In this document: in pieces, positions 37,996 to 48,425 of the stretch
How positions within the stretch are numbered: the first letter of the stretch is position 1
Layout of the letters: every line of letters begins with the position of its first letter
DNA from: a virus
Lineage: Duplodnaviria; Caudoviricetes
Virus record (IMG/VR): IMGVR_UViG_3300028797_000004
Length of the DNA: 64,000 bases
Direction: 5' to 3' (one strand)
Notes under the pieces: generated by a model
The model's database searches: none
Told to the model about the DNA's origin: nothing
Seen by the model: only the letters and a program-made list of their open reading frames with translations
Translations under genes and position numbers: made by a program

Positions 37996-38445
37996 ATGAA
38001 ACTTTACATTCGTGCAATGTCAGAGACAAAGCAGAAAGTCGAACAAGATTTTTACCATCGTGCTGACGTGACGTTAGAGCATATCATGAAATTAGTTCTT
38101 ATGCCTGATCATGAATCTCGGAATCATTGGCGTAAAGAGATCGCTACACAATTTTTCAAGCTCCCTAAATTCAAAGGCAGCAATAAGTATCCAACTGAGA
38201 AACAGATATTTGATTGGACTTACAATAAATGGGCAGATGAAATGCATGATCCTAGATGGATGCAGAATATGATGCTTCGTCTATGTAAAGACTATCGTGT
38301 TATTTCGCCTTACACTGTTAAAGAATTTGCAGTTAAGGTGAACCGTATTTGCAAATCATATTTTGCATATGCAGCGCAGCAGCTACATCTGAATCAAACA
38401 CTACCGTCTGCAGATACATATGCTTTTCTAGACGAGGTACTGTGA
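37996..38445 (+). CDS. DUF29-like helical protein with MKLYIRA leader
   Basis: EHIMKLVLMPDHESRNHWRKEI; KGSNKYPTEKQI. Confidence 0.65.
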   Translation: MKLYIRAMSETKQKVEQDFYHRADVTLEHIMKLVLMPDHESRNHWRKEIATQFFKLPKFKGSNKYPTEKQIFDWTYNKWADEMHDPRWMQNMMLRLCKDYRVISPYTVKEFAVKVNRICKSYFAYAAQQLHLNQTLPSADTYAFLDEVL

Positions 38446-38504
38446 TCGTTATTTATGTGTGTAGAACATAAATCATTTTTCATTGTTGAAAGGAGATATT
38501 TATC

Positions 38505-38720
38505 ATGTTGTATTGGGTGTTAGTAGCAATCTGCATAACTGCAAGCCTTTGTATGTTTGCTTGGTGTGGAAAAGAGGGCTGGAAGCTTTACAATCAGTCC
38601 TCACAAGAGAAGTCAGACAAGTATCGTGCTGAGCGTAGAGCCGAGAGAAAAGCACGTCAGGCGTTTGACGATATGATTGCTTCACACAGAGATGCACTTT
38701 GGCACGCTATTACAAAGTAA
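38505..38720 (+). CDS. Small membrane-anchored protein
   Basis: N-terminal hydrophobic helix; AAGGAG SD. Confidence 0.6.
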   Translation: MLYWVLVAICITASLCMFAWCGKEGWKLYNQSSQEKSDKYRAERRAERKARQAFDDMIASHRDALWHAITK

Positions 38721-38770
38721 CCTTGAATATAGTTACAATAACTTTGAAACCGTCAAAGGAGGAAAATTGA

Positions 38771-39589
38771 ATGTTAACAGAATCTGTTGATCTTCTGTGT
38801 AAAGGTATGTACGAAGGTAAGATACCTGATGTGCTTACACTCACAAGCTTACCTACAAGCTCTGAGCTTGATTATGTCGGCAGTGAGGACTTCGACAAGA
38901 TCATGTTAGAAGAAATCTTACCTCAAGCTGTTCAAGAGAAAGGCATTGATTTCTACAATCTTTACACAATAGATTACCACTGGGTGCTTCGCGCACTTCG
39001 TATCTTGAATTATGGTCCATACTTCACAACTAATTCATTGTATTGTTCTGAATGCGGCCCGTCTTACGGAGAATATCAAGTTCGTCTTGATGCTATTGAT
39101 TGTGTACCACCTCCAGAGGGTGCGACTGCTACTGTTGTAATTCCTAAAGAGGAGTTTTTCGACGTCAAAAGCGATGTAGAAATGCGGCTACTCACAATGC
39201 GCGAATCAATCAATGCAAATAAAGACCCATTATTCAAAGACAAGAAAGGTAAGCAGAACACAGAGTTTGCTCGTGTATGCTATATGATATCTAAGCTGAA
39301 TAACAATTCAAATATGAATGTCCTTGAGAAGAAGATGTACATAGAGAATAATTTCTCTAGTGCAGATTTCAAGATACTCAAAGATACAGCTTACAGCAAG
39401 ATGGACTACGGTCTGAGAGCTGCTGGTCATGCTACTTGCCCTAAGTGTAAACAGCTTAAAGCTTCTTTCCTTGCGCTTGATGACGATAGATTTTTTCGTC
39501 CAACCCTGGACGATCTACGGAGATGGCGAGACGATAGAAATTCAAGGGGAGAAAAAGACGTACTTACAGGTGCGTCAAAAAATGCATGA
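38771..39589 (+). CDS. Tail assembly chaperone (T4 gp26-like)
   Basis: D...LRALRILNYG, CSEC, DYG....TCPKC...RFFRP; position before tape measure. Confidence 0.7.
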   Translation: MLTESVDLLCKGMYEGKIPDVLTLTSLPTSSELDYVGSEDFDKIMLEEILPQAVQEKGIDFYNLYTIDYHWVLRALRILNYGPYFTTNSLYCSECGPSYGEYQVRLDAIDCVPPPEGATATVVIPKEEFFDVKSDVEMRLLTMRESINANKDPLFKDKKGKQNTEFARVCYMISKLNNNSNMNVLEKKMYIENNFSSADFKILKDTAYSKMDYGLRAAGHATCPKCKQLKASFLALDDDRFFRPTLDDLRRWRDDRNSRGEKDVLTGASKNA

Positions 39590-39752
39590 TAACATCATAG
39601 ATGAGATTATGTTTGTTTCAAGAGCTTCGGAAGGTGCAGTAACACCGGATTGGATGATGCAGCAGCCTATTTCAGTAAGAAAGAAATATGTTGATAATTT
39701 CATGAAGGAGCTCAAAGAAAGGGAACAGAGATTAGTGAAGAACAGGAAGTGA
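39582..39752 (+). CDS. Second chaperone module (T4 gp51-like), possibly reached by frameshift
   Basis: DWMMQQPISVRKKYV; frame open upstream to 39429. Confidence 0.6.
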   Translation: MHDNIIDEIMFVSRASEGAVTPDWMMQQPISVRKKYVDNFMKELKEREQRLVKNRK

Positions 39753-39759
39753 TCTTTCC

Positions 39760-40029
39760 ATGCAAGTTAATTGCAATATTGAGATTTCACCTGAGGAACA
39801 GCAAGCATATGTAGATTATGCTATGCAGAAGTACCCAGATAGAAAAATAACTGAGTTAAATATTACTATCGGTGACGACGATTTCGTTGACTTGAAAACA
39901 GTCTTTGAACCAGATAACTTCTGGCGAATAAGACGAATCACAGGTTACCTTGTAGGTACACTTGATAGATTCAATGATGGTAAACGAGCTGAAGAAGCCG
40001 ATAGAGTAAAACATACAATAACAGATTAA
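39760..40029 (+). CDS. Stand-alone NrdD-type glycyl-radical domain protein
   Basis: C-terminus RIRRITGYLVGTLDRFNDGKRAEEADRVKH. Confidence 0.8.
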   Translation: MQVNCNIEISPEEQQAYVDYAMQKYPDRKITELNITIGDDDFVDLKTVFEPDNFWRIRRITGYLVGTLDRFNDGKRAEEADRVKHTITD

Positions 40030-40036
40030 CAAACAG

Positions 40037-40068
40037 CGGGATGGGACACACGTCCTGTCCCGTTTTTG
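40037..40068 (+). terminator. Intrinsic terminator
   Basis: CGGGATGGGAC-ACAC-GTCCTGTCCCG + TTTTT. Confidence 0.75.
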
Positions 40069-40085
40069 AATGGTGGTGAATACAT

Positions 40086-43000
40086 ATGCCATTAGGTGAT
40101 ATAATCAATACGCTTCCAGGCGACGATAGCAACGCACAAGCTAATGCAGCTGAGCAAATTGCATTGCTGAAATCAATGGACGCTACACTGAAGCAGCTTG
40201 TTCGCAACGGTCAGAATATATCTCGAGATAATGCATCAACTCGTATGAACGACTATCGTCAAGCGAATACATTCAGGAGTATGTCCAGTCCTAGAAGCTC
40301 TGTTGGTACTTTTGAAGAAGCTTTCAGAAAAGAGCTCATGGATGCTTTCATCGGCTCAGATTTCAAGAAGCAAGTAAAAGGCATTTTTCAAACACTTGCT
40401 GATGACTTAGGTGTATCTCTTAGTGACTTACCGCAGACCCTTGGAAAGACCTTAGGTAAGCAAGCTGCTGATCTGCTGAAAGGGACATCATTAGGCCAAG
40501 CACTCAAGCAGAATGTTGGTGGTGCGCTACAGCGTGGTCTAGATTCTGTCAAAGCACGATATGAAGCTGGTAGAGAGCAATACTATAGAGATCACCCTAA
40601 CGCTGTTAGACCCACACCTGTGCGCAATGCTTTAACAACTTCACGCTCTAGTGCAGAAAGCAGCAATACAGGTAAGAATATTGTTGATAGCATCTTCGGC
40701 GGTAAGAAGTCTCCTGCTAACATGAGTGTAGAGTCGCTTACAGTCTATGCAGAATCTGTAGTTATTCAAAAAGGTAAGAATGGTTCAGGCATTACAGATG
40801 CTGCTCAAGAGCTGCTATCTAAAGGTATGGATGCAGGTGATATTGGCGAAGCTGCTGGAGAGCTTGGAGCAAATGCTGACGGCGCAAGCGCAATGCTTGC
40901 GGGGCTGAAAAGTGCAGCTGAACCAATTCTTGAAATGGCTCCTGAGATCCTGGCTGTGCTTGTTGCACTGAAAGTTGCTGAACTTGCTGTTAAAGCAGCT
41001 ATGTGGGCGCTTACACCAGCAATAGATGGTGCTAAAGAAGCTTTCAAGGAGTTTGCACGTGCAGCTAAACGTGAAAGCGAGAGTCGCAAGAAAGCAATTG
41101 AAGAAGGTCAGAAGCGTCTTGAAGCAGATGTTCATACAATGGTTGAAGCTCCATTCAAGATACTTGAAGAAGCTGCTCAAGCTCTGTATGATACTTGGGA
41201 TCAGAATCTCAGAACCATAGGTCAAACACAAGGTTATAACAAAGAGCAGTATCTAGGCTTGATGGGTGCATTCGCAGATAGGATTCGTAGCGAAGGTCTG
41301 GAGCGCGAAATTGCTGTATCTGATGTTACCAATAATCTTGCAAATGTTTTGAAGTCAGGCCTTACAGGTGCTATCGCAGAAGAGTTTGCATACCAGGCTA
41401 CAAAACTTAATGCTGCTGTACCGACTCAAGACTTCTTCGGTTATGCATCTACATATGGTGAGCTTGTAGCGAATGCTATACAGCGTCAAGGCATGACTCA
41501 AGAAGCTGCAATTGAGTATGCTACTAAAGAGCTCACTTCGTACGCAAGTGAACTCCTATATGCTTCTCGTGATTTATCACATGGCGTAACAACAGGCCTC
41601 CAGAATGCGTCAGATATTTTTGCTCAATCTGTTCACATTGCTCAAGCTGGTAGAGTAAGCGACGTATCCAGCATCTCAGGTGTAATGACTGCTGTGTCTG
41701 CTATCACAGGCGCAATTGCACCAGATCTTGCTTCTGCAATGACGGATGCAATCTATAAAGCAGCTACTGGTGGTAACAGCACCGAAATAGTTGCCCTTAG
41801 ATCTCTCGCAGGTATCAATGCTTCTAATACAGAGTTCTTGAAGCAATTAGCTCAAGATCCACAATCCGTATTCGCTAATCTGTTTGACACACTTGGTGCT
41901 CGACAGAAGATGTCAGAAGACGCATACATGGAAGTGGCTGAAGGGCTGTCTACTGTATTTGGCGTATCTATGGACGCATTCGCAAGAGTTGACTTCAATC
42001 AGCTTGCAGCTGCGATTCGCAACATGGATACAGGTAATGATGCAATCAATGAGAATCTGAGCTTGCTGATATCCGGCCAAACAACAACCAATAAGGAACA
42101 GCTGAAGTCTCAAGAGATAAATCAGTATATCTTAGAGAACGGCCTTTCATATGTAATTGATAGCGCAGAAGGCAGACTGATTCAGCAGCATATGTGGGAC
42201 GAGCAAATTGCATTGCAGATACAAGAAGCCACATATGGTGTTGAGCTACAAGGTAAAGCTCTCAACTTCCTCGAGGGTCTGCAAGAAACTGCTGATAGAA
42301 TCCTTACAATCATCAATCCACTACGTCTTGCTAATAAGGCATTCAATGCTATTGCATCTGTAGTTGAAACCAAAGCTCTTAAGACTGATGTAGGTAAGCT
42401 GCTTGAAGCAACTAGAGTTGGTTCAAGTAATGCTCAGTCTTATTACAACTTAACTACAAGAGGTAAGCAGCTTACTGTTGTAGAAGATCTGCTCACAATG
42501 CTCGGTAGTAGCTCAGCTTACACAGGTGTATCTACTGCTAGAAAAGCTGGATCGGCTAGAGCTAACTATATGCTTGGCGGTAACAGTGCTTCTGTCTGGG
42601 GTTGGCTGTCTACTTCAGCTGATATTAATAAGTATGGCAAAACATTTGATGCTGAAGCTTCGCAATTTGCTAGACCTACTTCGCTATACAATTGGGGCAA
42701 CATCAGTAAGAATACTGCACAAGCTGCTTTCTCTAAGAATTATGATGGTGTAGTAGCTACAAGCTTAACTCAAGAAACTATGCAGTCCGCATCTGATCAA
42801 GCAGCAATGGAAGCTGCAAAATCAGCAGAGAAGAAGATCAATGATGCGTTCAAGTACATGTCTGATTACATATCAGACAAAGGTGCCGACGCAACTTATG
42901 AGGGTTGGGCTAAGAAAGCTCGTTCGCTGTATGGTATATCTGACCTTGCGAAAACACTTGAAACTGTCGGCATGACAGAAGCACAAGCAATGAGCCAATT

Positions 43001-43481
43001 TGATTCAGCAATGACTCAAGTAGCTGCGGCTAAAGAGGCTGACAGAAAGACTCAAGAAGAGAACTTCTGGCGTGATTCACTTGAGAAGATGGATACACGC
43101 ACTGACGTGCTTACAACTATGAAAGAAATGCTTGAATCGAAGCTTGACAAAATGATTAACAAACTCGGAAGCTTCTACAAAGACTGGACAGACTACTACA
43201 TACATCACACTTATTATGATCAAGCTGGTATGAGCTACACTAAGGTGGCTGAAATTCAAGCTCAAGAAAAAGAAAGTTCTGATACAGCAATCTATGCGCT
43301 TGCTGATGCACTTACACAGAACAATGTTGATCTTAGAGACCCTGCAGTACAGACAAATGTATTACTTGCTCAAGTCCTTAAAGTGCTCAACGTTATCGCT
43401 CAGCAAGGTACTCTTGGTTCTGATGCTGGTACAGCTCTACCTGATTCCATTGCTGGTATGGCTCTCGGGATTACTATATAG
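40086..43481 (+). CDS. Tape measure protein
   Basis: 1131 aa, Ala-rich helical, hydrophobic segment, after chaperones. Confidence 0.75.
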   Translation: MPLGDIINTLPGDDSNAQANAAEQIALLKSMDATLKQLVRNGQNISRDNASTRMNDYRQANTFRSMSSPRSSVGTFEEAFRKELMDAFIGSDFKKQVKGIFQTLADDLGVSLSDLPQTLGKTLGKQAADLLKGTSLGQALKQNVGGALQRGLDSVKARYEAGREQYYRDHPNAVRPTPVRNALTTSRSSAESSNTGKNIVDSIFGGKKSPANMSVESLTVYAESVVIQKGKNGSGITDAAQELLSKGMDAGDIGEAAGELGANADGASAMLAGLKSAAEPILEMAPEILAVLVALKVAELAVKAAMWALTPAIDGAKEAFKEFARAAKRESESRKKAIEEGQKRLEADVHTMVEAPFKILEEAAQALYDTWDQNLRTIGQTQGYNKEQYLGLMGAFADRIRSEGLEREIAVSDVTNNLANVLKSGLTGAIAEEFAYQATKLNAAVPTQDFFGYASTYGELVANAIQRQGMTQEAAIEYATKELTSYASELLYASRDLSHGVTTGLQNASDIFAQSVHIAQAGRVSDVSSISGVMTAVSAITGAIAPDLASAMTDAIYKAATGGNSTEIVALRSLAGINASNTEFLKQLAQDPQSVFANLFDTLGARQKMSEDAYMEVAEGLSTVFGVSMDAFARVDFNQLAAAIRNMDTGNDAINENLSLLISGQTTTNKEQLKSQEINQYILENGLSYVIDSAEGRLIQQHMWDEQIALQIQEATYGVELQGKALNFLEGLQETADRILTIINPLRLANKAFNAIASVVETKALKTDVGKLLEATRVGSSNAQSYYNLTTRGKQLTVVEDLLTMLGSSSAYTGVSTARKAGSARANYMLGGNSASVWGWLSTSADINKYGKTFDAEASQFARPTSLYNWGNISKNTAQAAFSKNYDGVVATSLTQETMQSASDQAAMEAAKSAEKKINDAFKYMSDYISDKGADATYEGWAKKARSLYGISDLAKTLETVGMTEAQAMSQFDSAMTQVAAAKEADRKTQEENFWRDSLEKMDTRTDVLTTMKEMLESKLDKMINKLGSFYKDWTDYYIHHTYYDQAGMSYTKVAEIQAQEKESSDTAIYALADALTQNNVDLRDPAVQTNVLLAQVLKVLNVIAQQGTLGSDAGTALPDSIAGMALGITI

Positions 43482-43523
43482 GACCTTCTATATAAACAGT
43501 ACCTCAGAATGGAGGAGTAAATC

Positions 43524-46319
43524 GTGAATTTTAAAGTATTTTCTGTCGACACAATAAATGTCTTCCCTGCATCGAATTCTCATGCAGGTGGGCAGCTTAA
43601 CACAGAATACAATCTCAGAAGTGACTCATTTGTTGCTTCTGATGAAAGTATTCAATACCTATCAGGTCTTTCTTATGCTCACAGCGAGTCAGATTTCTAT
43701 GTATGGGGACCTACAGTACCGTCGTTCTTTCCTGATGATGCAACACCGCTCGGTAACTCTGAGCTAGGCATTAACAGCGGTTGGGCTATGGTCAATGGCT
43801 ATTTCATTCAGTCCTTAGCTCCAGTCATTCTTGATATGGCTGCTATCAATCAGCGACTTCAAGATGAATATGATCAATCGCTTCCAGAGAAACTTGCAGT
43901 AGGTCTAAGGATAATGTTTTCTACAGAGATGACTACAGCTGGTTCTATTCTCATAGAGAATGATCAGCACATCTTTGAGGGTGTACAAGTAGTTATCTTG
44001 CCTGCAGATGAGCTGAAAACTCCTGAAGATGTACCTGGAGAAGATCAAGAAGCGCTAGTTACTGCACATCTACGCCTTGCTACCTTCAACTATATCAATG
44101 GTGTAGTAACTAACATACAGAACTGCTATCCGGAAAAATGCCAAGCATATCCTGCTTCACGTATCAAGAATATTGAGTCTGTAGTATCTGAAACCTTTGT
44201 ATCTAAGAAAGGCTTACAAGCTAAGAAGATCTATACTCTTGCAGGTAAAGGTACTTCTGGTCAAGAAGCTCAGCCTGACACATGGTGTGACTCAACAGAT
44301 TCCCTTATGGTATGGGATACAAATCCAACGCTTATCAATGCTGCTCAGCTTGCTGAATATCAAGCTAAGCTTGGTGAGTTTGTGCCTACCAAGTCAACGC
44401 TTAGTGGTACACTTGAAGAGGCTACATTCGGCATACTGAATGGTACAGATACAGTATTGATGCTCCCTCATAAGCAAGTAGATTACAATATCACAAATCA
44501 GAGCGGTCAACCAGAATTATATGCACCTAGAGCATACGCCCTTCCGAGTGCAGATTACTACCAGGGTACACCTGGTGCTGTAACTCCAACTTATACAGCT
44601 GCTGTTAAAGACATTGATCGCAGACTCAGAAACATTTACCAACTTGCAAGCGGTAAGCAGATCTACTACATAGACGAACTCAATGATAAGAAGGAGCTAC
44701 CGCAGATCAGCAGAGATTGGACAGCAGGCGATTATGTTTTAGTCGGTAGAGACAACACTGTAGTATCCGCTTCTACTTCAGAGATGATAACAAGTCCTTC
44801 TACAATTTATGTATTAGCTCCAGGGCAAGTTACATCTATCAAGTTTGCTTCTATCACTCAGAATGATGCGAACCCTTATGTACCAACAGGCGCTGGCGTG
44901 ATGCTGAATCTTGTAGAGGAACTTAACCTTACATCTGAAGCTCAAGCAAGCATTACACCTGACACATACAATGATCCAGCTGTATACAACAGCGTATTTG
45001 CTGCAGACGGTGTCAGCAATTTCACAGAGCGTGGTGTTCCTGACGTAGATTATTATGTATACAGAGCAAAGATCATTTCAGAATCACAGCCTAGTACCGT
45101 AACTGGCTATCACATCATCTACAAAGTTCAGTCGTCTTCTGGGCTTGCTTATTCTGAACCACTATTCCTCACAGGAACAATTCCGCTTGCTACAACAGAA
45201 ATGGTAGGCGGGTTCATCAATACAGACCCAACAGTAAACACAGATCAGGGATATATCTATCTTGACGATACAGGACACTTGAGATTAACAGACTACGCTC
45301 TACTTCGTTCCGGCGTACTTGCTTATCAGCTTGGTGAAGACTTCACAATGCCTTCAAGTCTTGATATCACAGAGATTCAGGATTATCTCGACAATTATAT
45401 TAATGATCGTATTGCATTCCCTAATTCAAATCAGTTCAAGAATAGCCAGCTACCTTATGTGATCAATGTTAACATTGCGCTTCCCGATGCTGAAACAGCT
45501 ACTACATTGAAGATTTCTGGTATTGACTCTCGTTTCAACACAGCAGTTTACTTCCACTTCACAGGTACAGGCAAGAATGTTACGGTAGCAATTACAAATT
45601 GTGAAAAGATTCGTCTAGATACAACAGGTATGACCACGATCGCAGACAGCTCTGCTGTACCACCAAAATTTGGCATCGGTCAATGCTGTCTGTATTATGA
45701 CGCTGCAGAGCTTGAGCGACTTGCTTCTATCATAGGTCTCAGCTTGTGGTATCAGAAGTATAAGGATACTGATCCTGATATTGAAGTAAATGACATGACT
45801 GTACGTCAGATACCTAGTATGTTCTCTGCTGCTACAGCGATTGACATCTGGGATGCAGACGGACTACCGAATGATAATCACTTCCAAGTGAAAGTAGATT
45901 CTATTACATTTGATACATCAGGTATGATTGATGGTTGCAGCATTATGATTGCAAACCTTATGACATCGAACCTCAATACTGGTAAGTATATCATTTCAAC
46001 AGAATTTACGTTACCTCAGGCAGATAATCTCAAATACCCTCCAAGCTGTTTAAAGAAGCAACTTAAAGTAACTGGTGAGTTTGTAGCTGCTTACAATGTA
46101 ACAGGTACTAACAATTTCATTCTAAATGACACTAAGTTTACACTTATGTCGCAAGCAAACACAGAAGACAATACAACCATACCAGGTTCTATTGCAATCT
46201 ATGTTGATGCTGATACAGTAGCTTGCGTAACAGCTGTAACCGAACATGACGGTGTGAAATACATTGATGGTTGGGAGCCTAACTCCTATCATCTGTTTTC
46301 CGGCGGAGTAGTATCATAA
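43524..46319 (+). CDS. Large virion/baseplate protein
   Basis: After late motif 43483; beta-rich; G.AMVNGYFI motif. Confidence 0.55.
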   Translation: MNFKVFSVDTINVFPASNSHAGGQLNTEYNLRSDSFVASDESIQYLSGLSYAHSESDFYVWGPTVPSFFPDDATPLGNSELGINSGWAMVNGYFIQSLAPVILDMAAINQRLQDEYDQSLPEKLAVGLRIMFSTEMTTAGSILIENDQHIFEGVQVVILPADELKTPEDVPGEDQEALVTAHLRLATFNYINGVVTNIQNCYPEKCQAYPASRIKNIESVVSETFVSKKGLQAKKIYTLAGKGTSGQEAQPDTWCDSTDSLMVWDTNPTLINAAQLAEYQAKLGEFVPTKSTLSGTLEEATFGILNGTDTVLMLPHKQVDYNITNQSGQPELYAPRAYALPSADYYQGTPGAVTPTYTAAVKDIDRRLRNIYQLASGKQIYYIDELNDKKELPQISRDWTAGDYVLVGRDNTVVSASTSEMITSPSTIYVLAPGQVTSIKFASITQNDANPYVPTGAGVMLNLVEELNLTSEAQASITPDTYNDPAVYNSVFAADGVSNFTERGVPDVDYYVYRAKIISESQPSTVTGYHIIYKVQSSSGLAYSEPLFLTGTIPLATTEMVGGFINTDPTVNTDQGYIYLDDTGHLRLTDYALLRSGVLAYQLGEDFTMPSSLDITEIQDYLDNYINDRIAFPNSNQFKNSQLPYVINVNIALPDAETATTLKISGIDSRFNTAVYFHFTGTGKNVTVAITNCEKIRLDTTGMTTIADSSAVPPKFGIGQCCLYYDAAELERLASIIGLSLWYQKYKDTDPDIEVNDMTVRQIPSMFSAATAIDIWDADGLPNDNHFQVKVDSITFDTSGMIDGCSIMIANLMTSNLNTGKYIISTEFTLPQADNLKYPPSCLKKQLKVTGEFVAAYNVTGTNNFILNDTKFTLMSQANTEDNTTIPGSIAIYVDADTVACVTAVTEHDGVKYIDGWEPNSYHLFSGGVVS

Positions 46320-46333
46320 GGTGGTGACGGTAG

Positions 46334-46972
46334 ATGCTGATTCATGATATAGCTAAGATGAGAATGTCAAATCTCGGCTTCTTGCCAGATCTACCATATC
46401 ATCTTATTTCTGATAAAGAGCTTTTTGAAGGTTTTCTTCCTGAAATGTTTTATCCTGCAATATTCCCTACAGTTCAACCAGGATACGAAGCTGAAGCTGA
46501 AAAGTTATTCAGGAAGAAGCCTTGGCTGATTACAGGTGGATACTTCTACTATGCATATCCAGAAGTGCAAGTAATACCCGAAGGAGATACACAACTTACT
46601 ATTCAACCATATCTTACGCTCAAAGGAGCGATCATCTATCACATAGACAGATATCTCAACGAGGAGAAATATGAAATCCCAGCTTGGGTGTATTCATATC
46701 TCTTAGGTGAGGTAATTGGTCCTAAAAGTGATGTTCGAGACATACATGATTTGATATATCCGCTTGGTGTTGACAACATAGATGACGAGTATACACCTAA
46801 GTGCGCTCAGGCAGTATACAACGAAAGTATGAAATGGCTCAAGAAAACACGAGGCTACGTGACTGATGTAAACGAAGTTACAGAAGTTCGCAGACCTCCA
46901 ACAATGTATGGTGAGCCTCATGTAATCAAGAGTATCAGAATTAGTGCAGTTGCACCTATTACATCTGTTTGA
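46334..46972 (+). CDS. Hypothetical virion protein
   Basis: Within baseplate operon. Confidence 0.55.
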   Translation: MLIHDIAKMRMSNLGFLPDLPYHLISDKELFEGFLPEMFYPAIFPTVQPGYEAEAEKLFRKKPWLITGGYFYYAYPEVQVIPEGDTQLTIQPYLTLKGAIIYHIDRYLNEEKYEIPAWVYSYLLGEVIGPKSDVRDIHDLIYPLGVDNIDDEYTPKCAQAVYNESMKWLKKTRGYVTDVNEVTEVRRPPTMYGEPHVIKSIRISAVAPITSV

Positions 46973-46986
46973 AAGAGGGTGAACTG

Positions 46987-47994
46987 ATGAAATTCTTACA
47001 GATAGATTCAAACACAACACTTCAAAGTTTGATTTCACTTGTAGGTAACAAGAATCTGCCTTCGCTTCTTCAATTGAACTCGCTTACACGTAGGTCTGAT
47101 ATTGGACAAGCGTATACAGAGCTTGCGCAAACAGTGTATGAATCTGCTGCGGAAGTTAAGCGAGTTGCTAAGGTCAACCTGCTGAATACGCTTACAGCTG
47201 ATTCTGATGTATTTGAAACTGCTGCATTGATGGGAGATAACGGCTGGAAATTGCTCCAGAAAATAGGCACGCTTCCAGGTTACGTCAAAGTTCCCGATAC
47301 AGCAAACGTCCCAGATTCTGCATATACAATTGGTAACGGTACACAGGTACCTCAGAATATTTACAGCAAAGCGATTGATATGATGAGGATTGAAGGCATG
47401 GTAGACCCTGTTATCTTCAATCAATACAATACACATTCTTTTGCAGTATTAGGTCACCCTGAGTATACGCTCAACTCTGCTGAGGTATTCCATTTACCTT
47501 GGGGTAAGGTGTCCTTATACTCATCTATCATAGATTCTACAATTGATTTTCCTGTGTATCCTGAAGAGATTGATGATGAGACAGTTGCTAACTATGAGCA
47601 AATGCCAGATACTATATATCAATATGAGCCTTGGCAGACTTACAAGAGCTCAGGCCCCAGAACCAATAACTTTACATTCAAGATGCATCGAGATATGTGG
47701 ACAGGAGATCACAGAGACAGCAAGTGTCAACAGCTTGTACGATTCTGCCAAGCTAATTGCTATCCACGATATAGCGGGGCTGCTGTCATTCCTCCTACTG
47801 TTGCATTATACATTGGAGGCAAGAAATACATTCAAGGCATCATGACTTCTGTTAAACCTCATTGGCATGGGCCTATTGGTCTTGATGATTGGTATCTCTG
47901 TTGCGATCTTGAAATATCAATCACAGAAGTGTCACAAGTAGCACTTAACTATGATTCTGTAATGAAAGGTGGTCTTATTGGATGGGATACATAA
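46987..47994 (+). CDS. Tube initiator / baseplate protein
   Basis: FPVYPEEI.D...ANY...EP..TY.SSGPR...F, CYP.Y...PP...L.IG...GIMTSV. Confidence 0.65.
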   Translation: MKFLQIDSNTTLQSLISLVGNKNLPSLLQLNSLTRRSDIGQAYTELAQTVYESAAEVKRVAKVNLLNTLTADSDVFETAALMGDNGWKLLQKIGTLPGYVKVPDTANVPDSAYTIGNGTQVPQNIYSKAIDMMRIEGMVDPVIFNQYNTHSFAVLGHPEYTLNSAEVFHLPWGKVSLYSSIIDSTIDFPVYPEEIDDETVANYEQMPDTIYQYEPWQTYKSSGPRTNNFTFKMHRDMWTGDHRDSKCQQLVRFCQANCYPRYSGAAVIPPTVALYIGGKKYIQGIMTSVKPHWHGPIGLDDWYLCCDLEISITEVSQVALNYDSVMKGGLIGWDT

Positions 47995-48419
47995 AACCAA
48001 TCTATTACAACACCTTAGATCCATATAAAGAGCTGCCGCATGAAGGTATTCAATACACTGTGTGCTGCGACTATAAGCATATATCTCGTTACAAAGGTCT
48101 TCGACAAGTAATTCACTACCCTGAAGCTACAGACAGATTTGTTGTGCACGAAACAGCAAATGCAATTGCTTCTCGTGTTAAATTCATCATGTATGAAGTA
48201 CCTTTGACGGAAGAAAATCGACTTGACCTCATCGCTTATAAATTTTACGGATCTGCTCAATACAGCTGGCTGATCAGCTATTTCAATGATATTGAGGACG
48301 GATTCACAGTACAGCAGGGTCAGAAGATTAGAATCGTGAAAAACTTCAATGATTTATTTAACAACGGTGAAATTCTTGCACCAATTTCGCCATTCTCCCT
48401 AAATCTTGGCGAGGAGTGA
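47982..48419 (+). CDS. Baseplate wedge LysM-type protein (T4 gp53-like)
   Basis: RLDLIAYKFYGSAQYSWLISYFNDIED. Confidence 0.8.
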   Translation: MGYIKPIYYNTLDPYKELPHEGIQYTVCCDYKHISRYKGLRQVIHYPEATDRFVVHETANAIASRVKFIMYEVPLTEENRLDLIAYKFYGSAQYSWLISYFNDIEDGFTVQQGQKIRIVKNFNDLFNNGEILAPISPFSLNLGEE

Positions 48420-48425
48420 TGACGG

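Noticed and set aside
47110-47126. Second match to the IS TnpB guide (ACAGAGCTTGC)
   Set aside because: It is preceded by CGTAT rather than TTTAT and only 11 nt match; likely chance coding similarity
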